DNA from: Octopus bimaculoides
Taxonomy: Eukaryota
Length of the DNA stretch: 64,000 nt
Direction of reading: 5' to 3'
Assembly: GCF_001194135.2 (NCBI RefSeq)
Contig: NC_069005.1
Location: 31,184,203 to 31,248,202, forward strand
Shown here: positions 13,656 to 26,175 of the stretch, in pieces
Position numbering within the stretch: the first letter of the stretch is position 1
Layout of the letters: every line of letters starts with the position of its first letter
Translations under genes and position numbers: made by a program
The notes under the pieces: generated by a model
What the model was told of the DNA's origin: nothing
The model's database searches: none
What the model saw: only the letters and a program-made list of their open reading frames with translations

Positions 13656-13986
13656 AGAGGTAGTTGAACAGAGTATCCAGAAACAGCTGTAAAGTAACAG
13701 CACTTTCCTATCCATCACTTGCAAGGTTTTCACCAGTGATCCCACGGATTTTACTTATCCAACTAGCTTAACTCAACACATAGGACATCTCAGATTCTCT
13801 TCTACCCTGTTTATGCTAAATCACTTTGAACTTTCACCCTTGATTCTTTCAGACTTTCCTGCTTTGTTATATATTTGTATATCTTTGTTCTCTCTTCACT
13901 ATGTTATATAAATATGTTACAAATTGGTTCATATGTATGTATTAAGTCATCTTTCTGTTTGTCTTCTTTGCAGGTGGACTAGCCAA

Positions 13987-14121
13987 ATGAAAATGGAGAA
14001 ACTTAAGCGAAGCTTAAGCTTCCGCAAGAAAAAAGATCATGTCCCTGAGTGTTCTAAACCTCATCAATGGCTTGAGGACGAACGTAAAGTTCGGGAAGGG
14101 ACATGTAGTTTTCAAGTGAAG
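13987..14121 (+). CDS. numb: Numb, first visible coding exon (exon A; exon begins at 13974): [45 protein letters not shown]
   Basis: Translation closely resembles the Numb N-terminus (human [42 protein letters not shown]). Acceptor ttctttgcAG at 13972-13973, donor AAG|GTAAGA at 14122, phase 0. ATGs at 13987 and 13993. Confidence 0.96.
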
Positions 14122-14315
14122 GTAAGAACTGTCTTCACAGCCTTTCTCTTTTCTTTCTAAAGTATACATTTTCCATCTTGTTCGTCTCTCCATCTACCTT
14201 TTTGCTCTCATTCCTGTACCAGTTCTCATGCTTTTAACTCTCTCTCTCTCTGTTAGCTTTCCTTGTCACTTTTTTCTTTCTCCATGTCCTCCTCTCTCAC
14301 ACTCTCTCATCTATG

Positions 14316-14353
<38 letters not shown>

Positions 14354-15087
14354 TCTATTCATTGTGTCTACTTTTCCTCCTTTTTTCTCCTCGCTCTCTC
14401 TCTCTCTCTCCACCAAACTATTTTGCATAGCTATCATTTCTAATCATTGCCCTATAAAAAAAAAAAAAGAGAAAAAAACAAAAGGGTTATGTTGCACGAA
14501 ACAGTAACTTATTGTATCATAGATAATTCTAATCCCTGTTTTATATTGGGCCCTTTTAGAAACTATAGTGGACCTTATGATAAATTATAGTGAACCCTAA
14601 AAGGAATTACAGTGGATCCTATCAAGAATTATACTTCACTCTATCGTGAATTATAGCAGAAAATTACATTAAGCATGTACTCCCCCCACCATAAAAGTTG
14701 GGGCAGGGTTGAATAAACCATTAGGGCCTAGTCAAAGCTAGATCTAAAATAAATTTGATTTGACTGTTAAGTCCCCTCCTCCCCTTTGCCTTGCCCCTTG
14801 CTTAATATTCTGTTGTTATCCTTAAAGCTATACAGCAACTAACAAATAAGAACCTGAGATTTAGCACATATAATATATATGTATATAGATTATTGATATT
14901 TAGCAGAAGTAACAGAGTGACTCGAGGTTTGAGAGTTTCGCGTGTTGGCACTTAGCAAACTAGTTACAGGTCGGAGACCTGTGGGTTTGGAAAGATGTTG
15001 GGAAATATATTCCCTCTGGATTGTTCTAGATCAAATCATAATAATAAAAAGAAATTGTCACACGGAGAATTCAAATAGTTTGCCCAT

Positions 15088-15152
<65 letters not shown>

Positions 15153-16252
15153 NNNNNNNNNNATATATATACATATTTATATATACATACATATATATAA
15201 ATATATATATATACATACATATATATAAATATATATACATACATATATATATATATAAATATATATACATATATATATACATATATACACACACATATAT
15301 ATATATATATAGACATACATATATACACACACGTATATGTACACACATACAGCAGTGAATCCTATAAAGAAAATACCACAGGGTGTCCCTCTGTTCCTAT
15401 CCCCATTTCTTCACACTACAGTGTGTATATATATATGTGTGTGTGTGTGTGTCTGTATATATAGATATACACACACGCACACGTGGGGCTTGATAAATGT
15501 AGATAGATGAATGGATGGATATATAGAGGGAGTGAAATATATATATATATGTGTGTGTGTATATTTTTTTATAAGGGCAACAAACTGATTCCCTATATAT
15601 TTTTTTCTTTATTATTTTCCTTATCTCAAAAGTGAGATATCCATCTCTCACCTAAATAAGGTGCTGAGGGATTTGAAGGGGGGAGGTATGGGAAGAAGAA
15701 AGAAAGAAAGAAAGGATGGCAGCTTAATGAATCCAAGAAGGTGGGATTTGACTTCTGGAAGTCTGTACTGAACCAGAAAATTTCAATTCCAACATTACTC
15801 GTGGCCTGCTGCATCTACTCGCTCATCAATGAAATGGTTTATTCGGAAACATCCGTTCCTTATCTAAAAATAACCTTTCAACCTTGAGGAGTACGGCATA
15901 TTACGTAGCATTATATGTGCTTCCTTTGGAGATGTGGCAACACTGTTGCCCCACTTCCAGCATCATCAACCAGTTACCCTCCACACCCCACACCCCTGCT
16001 GCTGCTGCTGCCTCCGCCACCTCGATGCCTTTCAGACTTCCCCAAGACCTTTTGTGTGGTGTTGTTTTAACTTGATTTACCTGTTTCTTGAGGAGCTCAT
16101 CTTTTGAGATAATCTTTTGAGATAATATCTGATATTGAGCAGAATATTTGCTGTAGCCCATCTTTTATACCAAGACAAAACAATGTACATAACACTTCCA
16201 ATCAGTTAAGATCAGAAGCCATGAGAGCCACTGCCTGGTACTGCATCATGGC

Positions 16253-16300
<48 letters not shown>

Positions 16301-16726
16301 CATCATCATCATCATCATTGTAGGTCTTTGGTGGGGAGATGTACATAGTATTAAATTGGCCCCATTATATTCTTGGTATGTTTGAAATCCATGCCTACGA
16401 TGATGAGAAGCAAAGTTGACCAAAATCAATACAAATAAAGCATAAGTAAGATTCTAGTGTTGCTATAAGTAGGGGTGGGGGTGGTGTAAGTGTGGGGGCT
16501 TGGCGGTCAGTTTCAATCGATTGAAATGACCCACTCCCTTCCACCTATAAAATTGACCCTGCTTCTGGCTGATTGAAAAAATATAATTATAATAATATAA
16601 TTATATCATGGAATTAATATATGCACAAACACACATATTTAATTAGATAAAATAACAATTATACTAATGACATTTAGATTATAATTATATTATATAATGA
16701 GTTTAGATATAATTAGGTGGTGGTTA

Positions 16727-16764
<38 letters not shown>

Positions 16765-16884
16765 GATATCCACCCCCCACTTTCATGTATGTGTGTGTTT
16801 TCGTGATGCCATACTGGAGCTCTGCCTTTGTGTCTATACTCTTTGTTCATCTCTAACAACTTACAATAAAGATTATTATTATTA

Positions 16885-16925
<41 letters not shown>

Positions 16926-18861
16926 GCAAAACATCTTTGTAACAAAGTAATTGAAACCAACAGGAAGTAACTTCCTATATATATTATTGAAAGCAAACCA
17001 ATCAGATTCTATGTACTGATATGTTGCTTGTTACTAAACAATGGTGGCCAGCAGAACAAGACCGTTGTCTAGTATTTAGTCTCGGTTCTGTGTATACAGA
17101 TTAAAATTCCAATAGTGCAAAGAGGCAATTTAGTTTTGCTTTTCATCTCATTCAAGATTGATAAAATAGCGACCAGCAGATAAATTTGATTTCTCCATAC
17201 AATCTACTCCTTAAAAAAATTAGATTTGTATCTTGTGAGAGTCATCATCATTGTCACCGTCGTCATCATCATCGTCATCACTTCTGCATTGGCTTTTCCC
17301 ATATTGCCATGGGTTGAAAGAGGCTTGTTGAAGAAGTGTTTGACGGTTGGATGTTTGACTTGTTTTTTTTAAGGGAGACATTTTTATCCTGCTCGTCTTC
17401 ACACACCAAATCCGAAGACCTCTGGAATGCATTGTTTACAGGAGGCATACACAAGCATCACTGTTTTTTTTTTATTCAAATGGTGTTAGTGTGAAGACAC
17501 ACTGAAACACACATTCTCTTGCTTTCTGTCTCACTCTCTGCTTTACTCTCTCTCTCTCTCACACACACATCAGATTGCTCTTGTGCTGCTGGTAACGTGT
17601 TACCTAATACAACCTGTTGCATGGTTAGGTCATCAGCAACTAACCCGGCAACCCTACAAGCGGACGTTAAACGACGACGATGATGAAGTAGGGAGTGTGT
17701 GTGTGTGTGTGGATATCATAGATGGATATCATAGATGGATATCATATGCAATGGCTATGATATAAGCATGCACAATACGGTGGAACTCAGCTCAGCTTAA
17801 CTCTGCTCCGCTCTGCACTGACGATGAAGGAATGAAACTATGAAACCGCTCTCCATCTAATGATAACAAGATAACAATACATACACCTCATCAGCCAAAC
17901 CATTTATGGCTCCCTTTCCTCTGCCCTCTCTCTCTCTCCTCCTATCAGACTACCATCTTTCTGCCTCTTTCCTTTCTCCTTTTTAATATTTCATTATAAA
18001 ATTTTACATTACATTATTTATTTCATTGTCTCTCGCTGTTATTTCTCTCTGATATTTAACTGGCATTTATACTACAGCGTTAAATTAGCATTTATTTATT
18101 TAGTTTTTTTTTTTATCTAAATTTATGCCATGACAGAATGTAGTATGTATTGCTATATCTTCTTTCCTATTTAAACCTCACGTACTAACAGAGAAAGTCG
18201 ATAAAAGTTTCCTTGATAACTTGCCAGCAGTGATGGTCATATAACTGGAAGCAAACAATCAGATTCATCTTAATTATCTCCCAAACTTGTGCCCTGGATC
18301 CTACTTCCCCTTCTTTGTAAACTTTCTTTGGGGATATATATATATGTACTTATGTGTGTCTCTCTGTTGTTTGATTATATAATAATAATATACGTTGCAT
18401 GTGTATGATTTACAAGTGTGTTTAGATGTGTGTGTGTACTGTGAGAATGTGTTGGGGGAAGTGCCTGGAAAAATTTAGAAAAGTATGCCAAATATCTCTA
18501 ATTACAGTAATGATAATGTTGATCTATATTCGTTTACTTCTTCACCAGTTAGGCACAGCTAAAATTAGAATTGGTGTCATAGACATCTATAGATTTGTGT
18601 ATGCATGTGTGTGTGTGAGAGAGAGAAAGTATATATGTATATATATATATATAATTTTCCAGTAAATTTTGTAATCGTTACCAATATAGCATAAGACTTC
18701 ACTCCAAAGGATCATTGATTAGATTCCTTAAGGGTCGTTCTCATTGTTTATATTTCCAAGGTTTCAAATTTGTATGTTTAAAAAGATCGGTCGTGTTGAA
18801 AGTTTCTATCTTTTTAAACATACAAATTTGAAACATATATATATATATATATATATATATA

Positions 18862-19023
18862 CACTCTCTGAGTGGTTGGCGTTAGGAAGGGCATCCAGCT
18901 GTAGAAACTCTGCCAAATCAGACTGGAGCCTGGTGTTGCCATCCGGTTTCACCAGTCCTCAGTCAAATCGTCCAACCCATGCTAGCATGGAAAGCGGACG
19001 TTAAACGATGATGATGATGATGA

Positions 19024-19026
<3 letters not shown>
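18862..19026 (+). mobile_element. Family B retroposon 3' end, inserted in a (TA)n array
   Basis: 7 differences from the reverse complement of 11372-11528 over about 157 nt; (TA)n on both sides. Confidence 0.88.
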
Positions 19027-19064
<38 letters not shown>

Positions 19065-19149
19065 CACACACACAATTGTAAACAAGGGCAAAAGAAAAAA
19101 GATTTCTATACCAATATATTTGTTAGTCTGTTCATTTCCTTCACATCAT

Positions 19150-19257
19150 AAGGCTTTGGTTGGCCCGAGGCTATAGTAAAAGACACTTGCTTAAGGTGCC
19201 ATGCAGTGGGACTGAACCCGGAACCAGATGGTTGGGAAGTAGACTTCTTACCACACA
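19150..19257 (-). mobile_element. Family A SINE 5' part, inverted relative to 19345-19728
   Basis: Reverse complement matches 19349-19455 at roughly 83 percent by eye. Confidence 0.85.
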
Positions 19258-19344
19258 CATACACAATGTATGTAACTTCTGCTCTTCAGTAACTTTATGA
19301 CTTCTGTAGAAAACGTATATATATATATATATCTCCAAACATGT

Positions 19345-19728
19345 GGCTGTGTGGTAAGAAGCTTGCTTCCCAACCCCATGGCTCCAGGTTCAGTCCCACT
19401 ATGTGGCACCTTGGGCAAGTGTCTTCTACCATAGCCTCAGGTCGACCAAAGCCTTGTAAGTTGATTTGGTAGACGGAAACTGGAAGAAGCTCATCGTGTG
19501 TGTGTGTGTGTGTGTATGTATATGTGTGTATATGTTTGTTTTCCCGCCATCGTTTGCCAACCGATGCTGGTGTGTTTATGTCCCTGTAACTTAGCAGTTT
19601 GGCAAAAGGGACTGATAGAATACGTAGTAGCCTTAGAAAGAATAAGTCCTGGGGGCAATTTCTTTGACTAACACCCTTTGAGGCAGTGCTCCAGCATGGC
19701 CACAATCAAATGACTAAAACAAATAAAG
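19345..19728 (+). mobile_element. Full-length family A SINE
   Basis: Colinear with 26441-26840 from head to tail. Confidence 0.88.
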
Positions 19729-20295
19729 CACTACACACACACACACACACACACACACGTGTGTGTGTGTGTGTGTAGTTTATTCATGAGTTATATATTT
19801 TCACAGCAAGATTAAATACATGTTTGTTAAACATCTCATCTTTGACTTCTGTGTATATATTTACTCGTAACCCCACTGCGAGACTTATGGAGTTGTAATG
19901 TGTGGGCACATGCGCCTGTGTGTATGTGTGCACTTGCGCGCATGTATATGTGTGTATGTAAAATGACTACTTCTTGGTCGAGAGTGGTGTCTGGCATGGT
20001 AAGAGGCATCAAGTTATAAATGAGACTCCTCCAGTAATTTATTGAAATGTCAAAATATTTATTTAAACCAAAAAACAAACATACACACACAAACACAACC
20101 CCTCCCTTATGAGTTAGAAAATAAATTTAGAAATAATTTTTCTCTGTAAGAAATAGACACTTTAAGAAAATAGAATCCAGTGGCTGCTTGTTTTTTGATT
20201 TTTTTTTTTTTTGTATTTTTGTTATTTAGTCCCAGATCTTGTCTGACTGGTCAGGCATTATGATTAAAGACATTTCCAACCCTAACCATCCTGTC

Positions 20296-20332
<37 letters not shown>

Positions 20333-20790
20333 CATTGTGTATGTAGGACTACATTATTCCAATGTATCCTTCCTTCATGCTGCTTTCACCTAGGTGTATC
20401 TTGACAGAACAAAATTGTCATCAAAGATATCCTTACCATGATCACACACACACACACACACACACACTCGCGCACAGAGTCAACAGATCAGATCTGGAGG
20501 TTCTCGGCATGGAAAACAGTTACTAGTGCTCAAATGATTCAACCTTAGACTCTGATGTCTTTATTAGGGACCAATTCTGCTGGGTAAAGATCAGCTATAA
20601 GGGGAATCCAAGTGAGCTGATAGGGAGACAATTATGCAGATAAACAAATTAAATATAACAGCTTCGATTTGATACACAAAATATATATACATGTATACAT
20701 ATATATAATACAAATAATATATGAGTATATGCGTATATACATACATGTATGTACATACCTACATCTACATGTATATATAGATGCATATCT

Positions 20791-20910
20791 GGGTACAGGA
20801 CGTAGCAAAAAAACGTGGACAAAATGATAAATGGAATACAGAAAACACACAGGCCGCATAGAGAACATTTCCTTCATCAGCTGCCACCATTCTAAAACTA
20901 AGCATTTCAA
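20791..20910. repeat. Dispersed repeat family G (second copy 42968-43120)
   Basis: Both start GGGTACAGGA(C/T)GT and contain CCTTCATCAG(C/T)TG...GCATT(T)C at the other end, with a diverged A-rich middle. Confidence 0.55.
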
Positions 20911-21261
20911 AATACATGTCTAGGTGGGCAGTAATTCTGAATAATAACTGACTGTGACCATGACAACCTAATTCACACCAGCATGGAAATGGACATAAAA
21001 TGGCGATGGTGATTTTACAAGACCGTTACACTATGATTGTCTTTGGTTTTACTCTTAACTCTTGCTGGTAATACTCATACAAGAAGCTAGCTGTGTGAAA
21101 CACAGCTCATTACCGAGGTGGGCAGCACTACAAAACGAAAATTGAAGGTAATTGTCTGTTTGAGGATGCCATTCCGGAAGTCCTGCTGGCCCCGTATTGC
21201 CCACCACCTCACATTGTCCACCAACATTCCACTGTTGGACTGCAGACTAGGCATAGAATGA

Positions 21262-21530
21262 CACATTACACTGCAGCCCCACATACAGTCACACTTCACT
21301 GTAGTCTCCACATAGTCACATACCACATGGTACCTCTCCACATACAGTCACACACTACACTGTATCCTCCACATATAGTTGCACACTACACTATATTCCT
21401 CCACGTACAGTCACACTCTACACCGTACTCTACATTGCAGTCACACACCTCACTGTATCCTCCACATAGTCACACTCTAGTGTATCCTCCATGTACAATC
21501 ACTATACTTCACCCCTCCACATATAGTCAC
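21262..21530. repeat. Degenerate minisatellite, unit about 28-31 bp (CACACTACACTGTATCCTCCACATACAGT-like), about 9-10 copies
   Basis: Recurrent CCTCCACAT..AGTCACAC; explains ORF 21258-21662. Confidence 0.8.
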
Positions 21531-23166
21531 TCCCTCCACCCTCTGACTGTACATACACAAAAACACTGGATTTATCAGATTGAGAATTACCTTTTGTCAA
21601 CCAAGTTATTGTTGCTCGGAGATGTTTGTCGAAATTATCTTGATCCTAAATGTCAATATTAAATACCGGGACCTTGACGCAGCTTGCTTGTTCGTTAACA
21701 AACGATGTTGATTGATCACATTTTGCTCAATCAATAAGATCTGTACAGTCAGCAATGGATTGATTTGCTATCAGTAATCAACCTTTTATACAAAATAAAT
21801 ACACATCACTGTTCTGTTCGTTTAAGAGAAAATTATCTTGGACTGTCTTTCCTTCTTCCTTCTTTTCTTTCTTTCTTTTTTTTCCTCTGAATTTGTCAAC
21901 ATTTTCATTTTCTTCTTTATGCTTTGATTTTCTTTTTCATTCTCTTTCTTACATACAAAGAATAGAGAAACGAATATAGTTTCTTTTTTTTTTTTTATTA
22001 TTTATATCCCAAATAATAAGAATTGGATTCTTGCAGTTTCAGTCTTATCATTAACATGTTTAAAGTTTAATCAGAAATAATTACATGGTGAGGCAAGAAA
22101 ACAATATTAATCAAAGACAGCTCTGGGAATGCATCGATGTTATTCTGAACTCATCAGCAAAACACAGCATGGGACTATTAGAGAAGACACTTACTCTCAG
22201 TGCTGCACATTGGGACTGAACTCAACACACTGTGATCGCCAAATGAGCTTCTTAACTACACAGCCATGGGGTGGTTATGAGGATTCTTTTCCATTCTTTT
22301 CTTCCTTTTTTTTTTTTTTTTTTTTTTTTTTTTCCATTTTTCATCTTCTTGACAACCTGTATGGCGTAGTTAGGCTAAAGCGTTGTTGGTGATGATCAGA
22401 GATTGGACCAATGGAAACACAGTGCAGATACAGATATTGTAAACATGGGGAGGTCAATAGCCTGAAAAAAATGATAATCTTAATAGCAACTCATCTAAAA
22501 CATTTTGACATTTAATCAATCATTAAGCTTTGTTTTTATCTAAGATATATCACCTTATCAAATATTTTCATCTCTCGATAAATTCTAAACTTAAGTACTT
22601 AATTTCACCAGCTTCCAGTGTATAACTGATGCACCAGAGGGCAGAAGGTGCTCTTACATTCAAGCTAACACAAAATGTTGTGGAAGGGTGGGACCTCTAT
22701 GAAGTCATTTGATTTGTTAGAAATAGCAACCGTGTCTCACAAGAACGAGGTGTTATTGCCTTCAGAATGAAAGGAAACGTGTATGTCTAGGATAATGTAG
22801 TTCTTGATAGACTATACTTTCAGAAAAAATAAAGGAGACCGGATGGTCACATGGTCACACCTTCAACGCTTTTGATTGGAAGCTGCTAAACCAAACCAGG
22901 CTTGTTGGCTAAACAGCAAGTCTCTCCATTGTTGATGTCATCATCATCATCGTCATCATACATCCACTTTCTCCATGTGAGCATGGATTAGACATAAACA
23001 TTATGGAACTACAGTGGAAAACATTTGGCCAAAGTGCAATACAATGGGATTGAACCTTGAACCTGACATCATGTGGTTGGGAAGCCATATCTATATACAC
23101 ATATACATACCTGTGTACATGTGTGTTTGTTGCATATCTCTCTCTCTCTCTATCTATCTATATCTG

Positions 23167-23230
<64 letters not shown>

Positions 23231-23620
23231 NNNNNNNNNNNNNNNNNNNNNNNNNNNNNNNNNNNNNNNNNNNNNNNNNNNNNNNNNNNNNNNNNNNNNN
23301 NNNNNNNNNNNNNNNNNNNNNNNNNNNNNNNNNNNNNNNNNNNNNNNNNNNNNNNNNNNNNNNNNNNNNNNNNNNNNNNNNNNNNNNNNNNNNNNNNNNN
23401 NNNNNNNNNNNNNNNNNNNNNNNNNNNNNNNNNNNNNNNNNNNNNNNNNNNNNNNNNNNNNNNNNNNNNNNNNNNNNNNNNNNNNNNNNNNNNNNNNNNN
23501 NNNNNNNNNNNNNNNNNNNNNNNNNNNNNNNNNNNNNNNNNNNNNNNNNNNNNNNNNNNNNNNNNNNNNNNNNNNNNNNNNNNNNNNNNNNNNNNNNNNN
23601 NNNNNNNNNNNNNNNNNNNN

Positions 23621-23677
<57 letters not shown>

Positions 23678-24815
23678 ATAATCGTGCATACACAGACATT
23701 TACACACCTGTAGGAACAGACAGATTTGGCAGTCTACAGGTATATTTATCCCGTTTTAAAAGTAAGCCTTCTGTCTCTTTAATAATATATATTTATGATT
23801 GTGTTAGTGTGTGTGTGTATGTGTGCATATATGTCACACACTCCTACATGTGTACGCATAAATTCCAGACATTCTCCACTAATTGCATGTTCTCTTAAAA
23901 TAACCTGACAAAAACGTCCTCTCTCTTTTTCTCTGTCTGTCTCTCTCCCTCTCTCTCTCAATCTGTCCTTCTCTCTTTCTCTGTCTTTCTCTCAGTCTCT
24001 CTCCCTCTCTTTCTCTCTCTACCTATCTCTCTGTCTCCCCCCCGCTCAGTCTGTGCCCATCTCCCCACCCTTGCTCTCTCTCCCTCTCTCAGTCTGTCAT
24101 TATACACTGATTACAACCATCACAACCAAGACATCTTTTATTTTCATTTTTATTTTCACTGAGGTAAAAATTAGACATTGTACCCAACACTTCAATATTT
24201 AGCATCTCCCATTTTTTCCTCAGTACCTGCAGACATATATATATTCCATCTTCCTGTTCCCAATTTTCATCATCGCCTTCTATCATCGTCGTTTTGTAAA
24301 TTTTCTTCAGTTGTGATGCTCTTCCAGCCTTGCACAATTGTATACAATATCATCATCATCGTTATCATATCCATCATGATCACCATCACATTCACTTTTC
24401 CATGTTCTTATGGGTCAGACAGAATTTGTTGTTTCTCTACAGCTGGATACCCTTCCTGTTGCCAACCCTCCCTTGTCTCCAAACGAAATAATATCTCCCC
24501 ATGACCAGACAAGAGGTCAAGAGATTTCAGATTGGTAAGACTGGAGAGATGAAAATTTTAGATAATAGATTAGACATGACGATGACAATAATAATAATAA
24601 TAATAACAACCCTTTCAACAACAGGCAAAACGTTTTAACAAATTAGTGTTGGCTATAATTTCGATAGAGAATAACCTTAACGAGAATTATGTAACTACAA
24701 GATGGAGTCACACAAAACTTTACTCATAGCTAAAAAAAAAAAAATACAAGATTATTAGTTGGTTTCAACATAATACATCTAACTGTGAATTAATATTTAG
24801 TGGTGATATTCTTAA

Positions 24816-25047
24816 CCCTTTTAATACCAACCTATCTGAGATCACCTCTGGTTCTATGATACAAGTTTCCTGGTTTTAAAATGGTTTTAAAAGTGATCTA
24901 AATTAAAACCATCCATCAAAATTTTGTGTTAATTTGCGTTCTAAAAGCATTATGGCAATGTTATTTCTCTGATTTTTTAATTATTTTTTGAAGTTTATTT
25001 AAACAGAGGCAGTGTGTGTTTTAACAGAAATATGGTAATGAGAGGTT
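24816..25047 (+). mobile_element. Second TTAA-CCCTTT MITE family (D2)
   Basis: TTAA (24812-24815) CCCTTTTAATACCAA...; body differs from family D; an inverted homologous copy lies at about 25690-25824 ending CAAAAGGG TTAA (25825-25828). Confidence 0.65.
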
Positions 25048-25869
25048 CAAGAGAATTTCTACAAACGAACAGTCGAGCAGTATTTTGTCTTTATTGCACT
25101 TAAAAGTGGAAATTCAAATTCACAGAAATAGGAAGAAGGAAATGGCAGAAGACCTGTCATTCCTAATTCTGTTGGCATTGGAAAATTCTAATTTCACATT
25201 CAGCCAAGCAAAAAAAAAAAAAAAAAAAAAAGAATGAAAGAGAGCAAAGCTCCAGTTTGTTCATGGAATTTCATGTTTGACACTCGAATTACATGACAGC
25301 TCTGCAAATGCTCTTGGAACCTTCAAAGAAGGCTGCTTCACCTGTTCCATTGCTACAATATATGAGTGATGGAACTAATCTCATTTGATATTGTCTGTCT
25401 CTGGTAGAAAATATTTGCACCTCTGTTTTTTCAAACTGTGTGTGTGAATAAACAATATATGTATGTGTGTGTTTGTGTGTGTGTGTCCACCACCACTTGA
25501 CAACCAGCATTTCATTATACCCCTGTAACCTAGCAGTTCAGCAAAAGAGGTTGACAAAATAAGTACCAGACTTAAAAAAAAAAAAAAAACGGTCAGCTTA
25601 AGTACTGGGGTGAATCATGGTGGTGCCCCAGCATGGCCACAGTCCAATGACTGAAACAAACAAGTAAAAGATAAAAGATAAAAACAAATAAATGATGAAG
25701 CTGGTATTTGGAACATGAATTAACATGAAATTTTGATGGAAGGTTTTCATTTTGATTGTTTGAAATCATGTGATTTATATCACAGAACCAGGAATGGTCT
25801 CAGGCAGAATTGTTATCAAAAGGGTTAATAATCTGCTCAAATTGGTTGGTTATTACTAATTTCTGCAAT

Positions 25870-26175
25870 TCTTTTACATTGGTTCTGTCTTGCTGTTGGC
25901 TACTCCAGTTCTTTGCAAATTGTTTACAGTTCCTTAGTTTTCGTAATTAAGTACAAGGCTTTGTCGTACGTTCTTACAAATTTTTTTCCCCCGAACAAGC
26001 GTATGTTTTTCAAAAGATTGTTTCTTTGAAATTCCAAAGGTTTCGGTAATCTCTCTGCGAAACCAAAAGATTTGCCAGCACAGGAAACATGTCTGCTATT
26101 GAGATGCTTTGTAAGTTTATTAGGTTTCATATTTTTCATTTCGGCAAATATTCATCAGAGAATTAAGCAGTTTGA
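25870..26175 (-). pseudogene. Decayed hAT (Buster/Charlie, ZBED5-like) transposase N-terminal fragment
   Basis: CLI..**IFAEMKNMKPNKLTKHLNSRH (BED finger-like, consensus MKPSKLxRHLxTKH) followed by ALYLITKTKEL*TICKELE*P (consensus AxxIAKxKKPHTIGEELIxP); in-frame stops. Confidence 0.7.

Noticed and set aside
17818-17850. CTGACGA...GAAAC as a hammerhead
   Set aside because: No convincing stem II or stem I pairing.
20871-20880. CTGATGAAGG on the minus strand of family G (also 43077-43086) as a hammerhead
   Set aside because: No stem II followed by GAAA could be built; half core only.
21091-21147. 57-nt open phase 0/0 segment (LCETQLITEVGSTTKRKLK) with AAG|GTAATT donor
   Set aside because: Weak acceptor, no in-frame ATG, and insertion between FQVK and YLG would split the first PTB strand.
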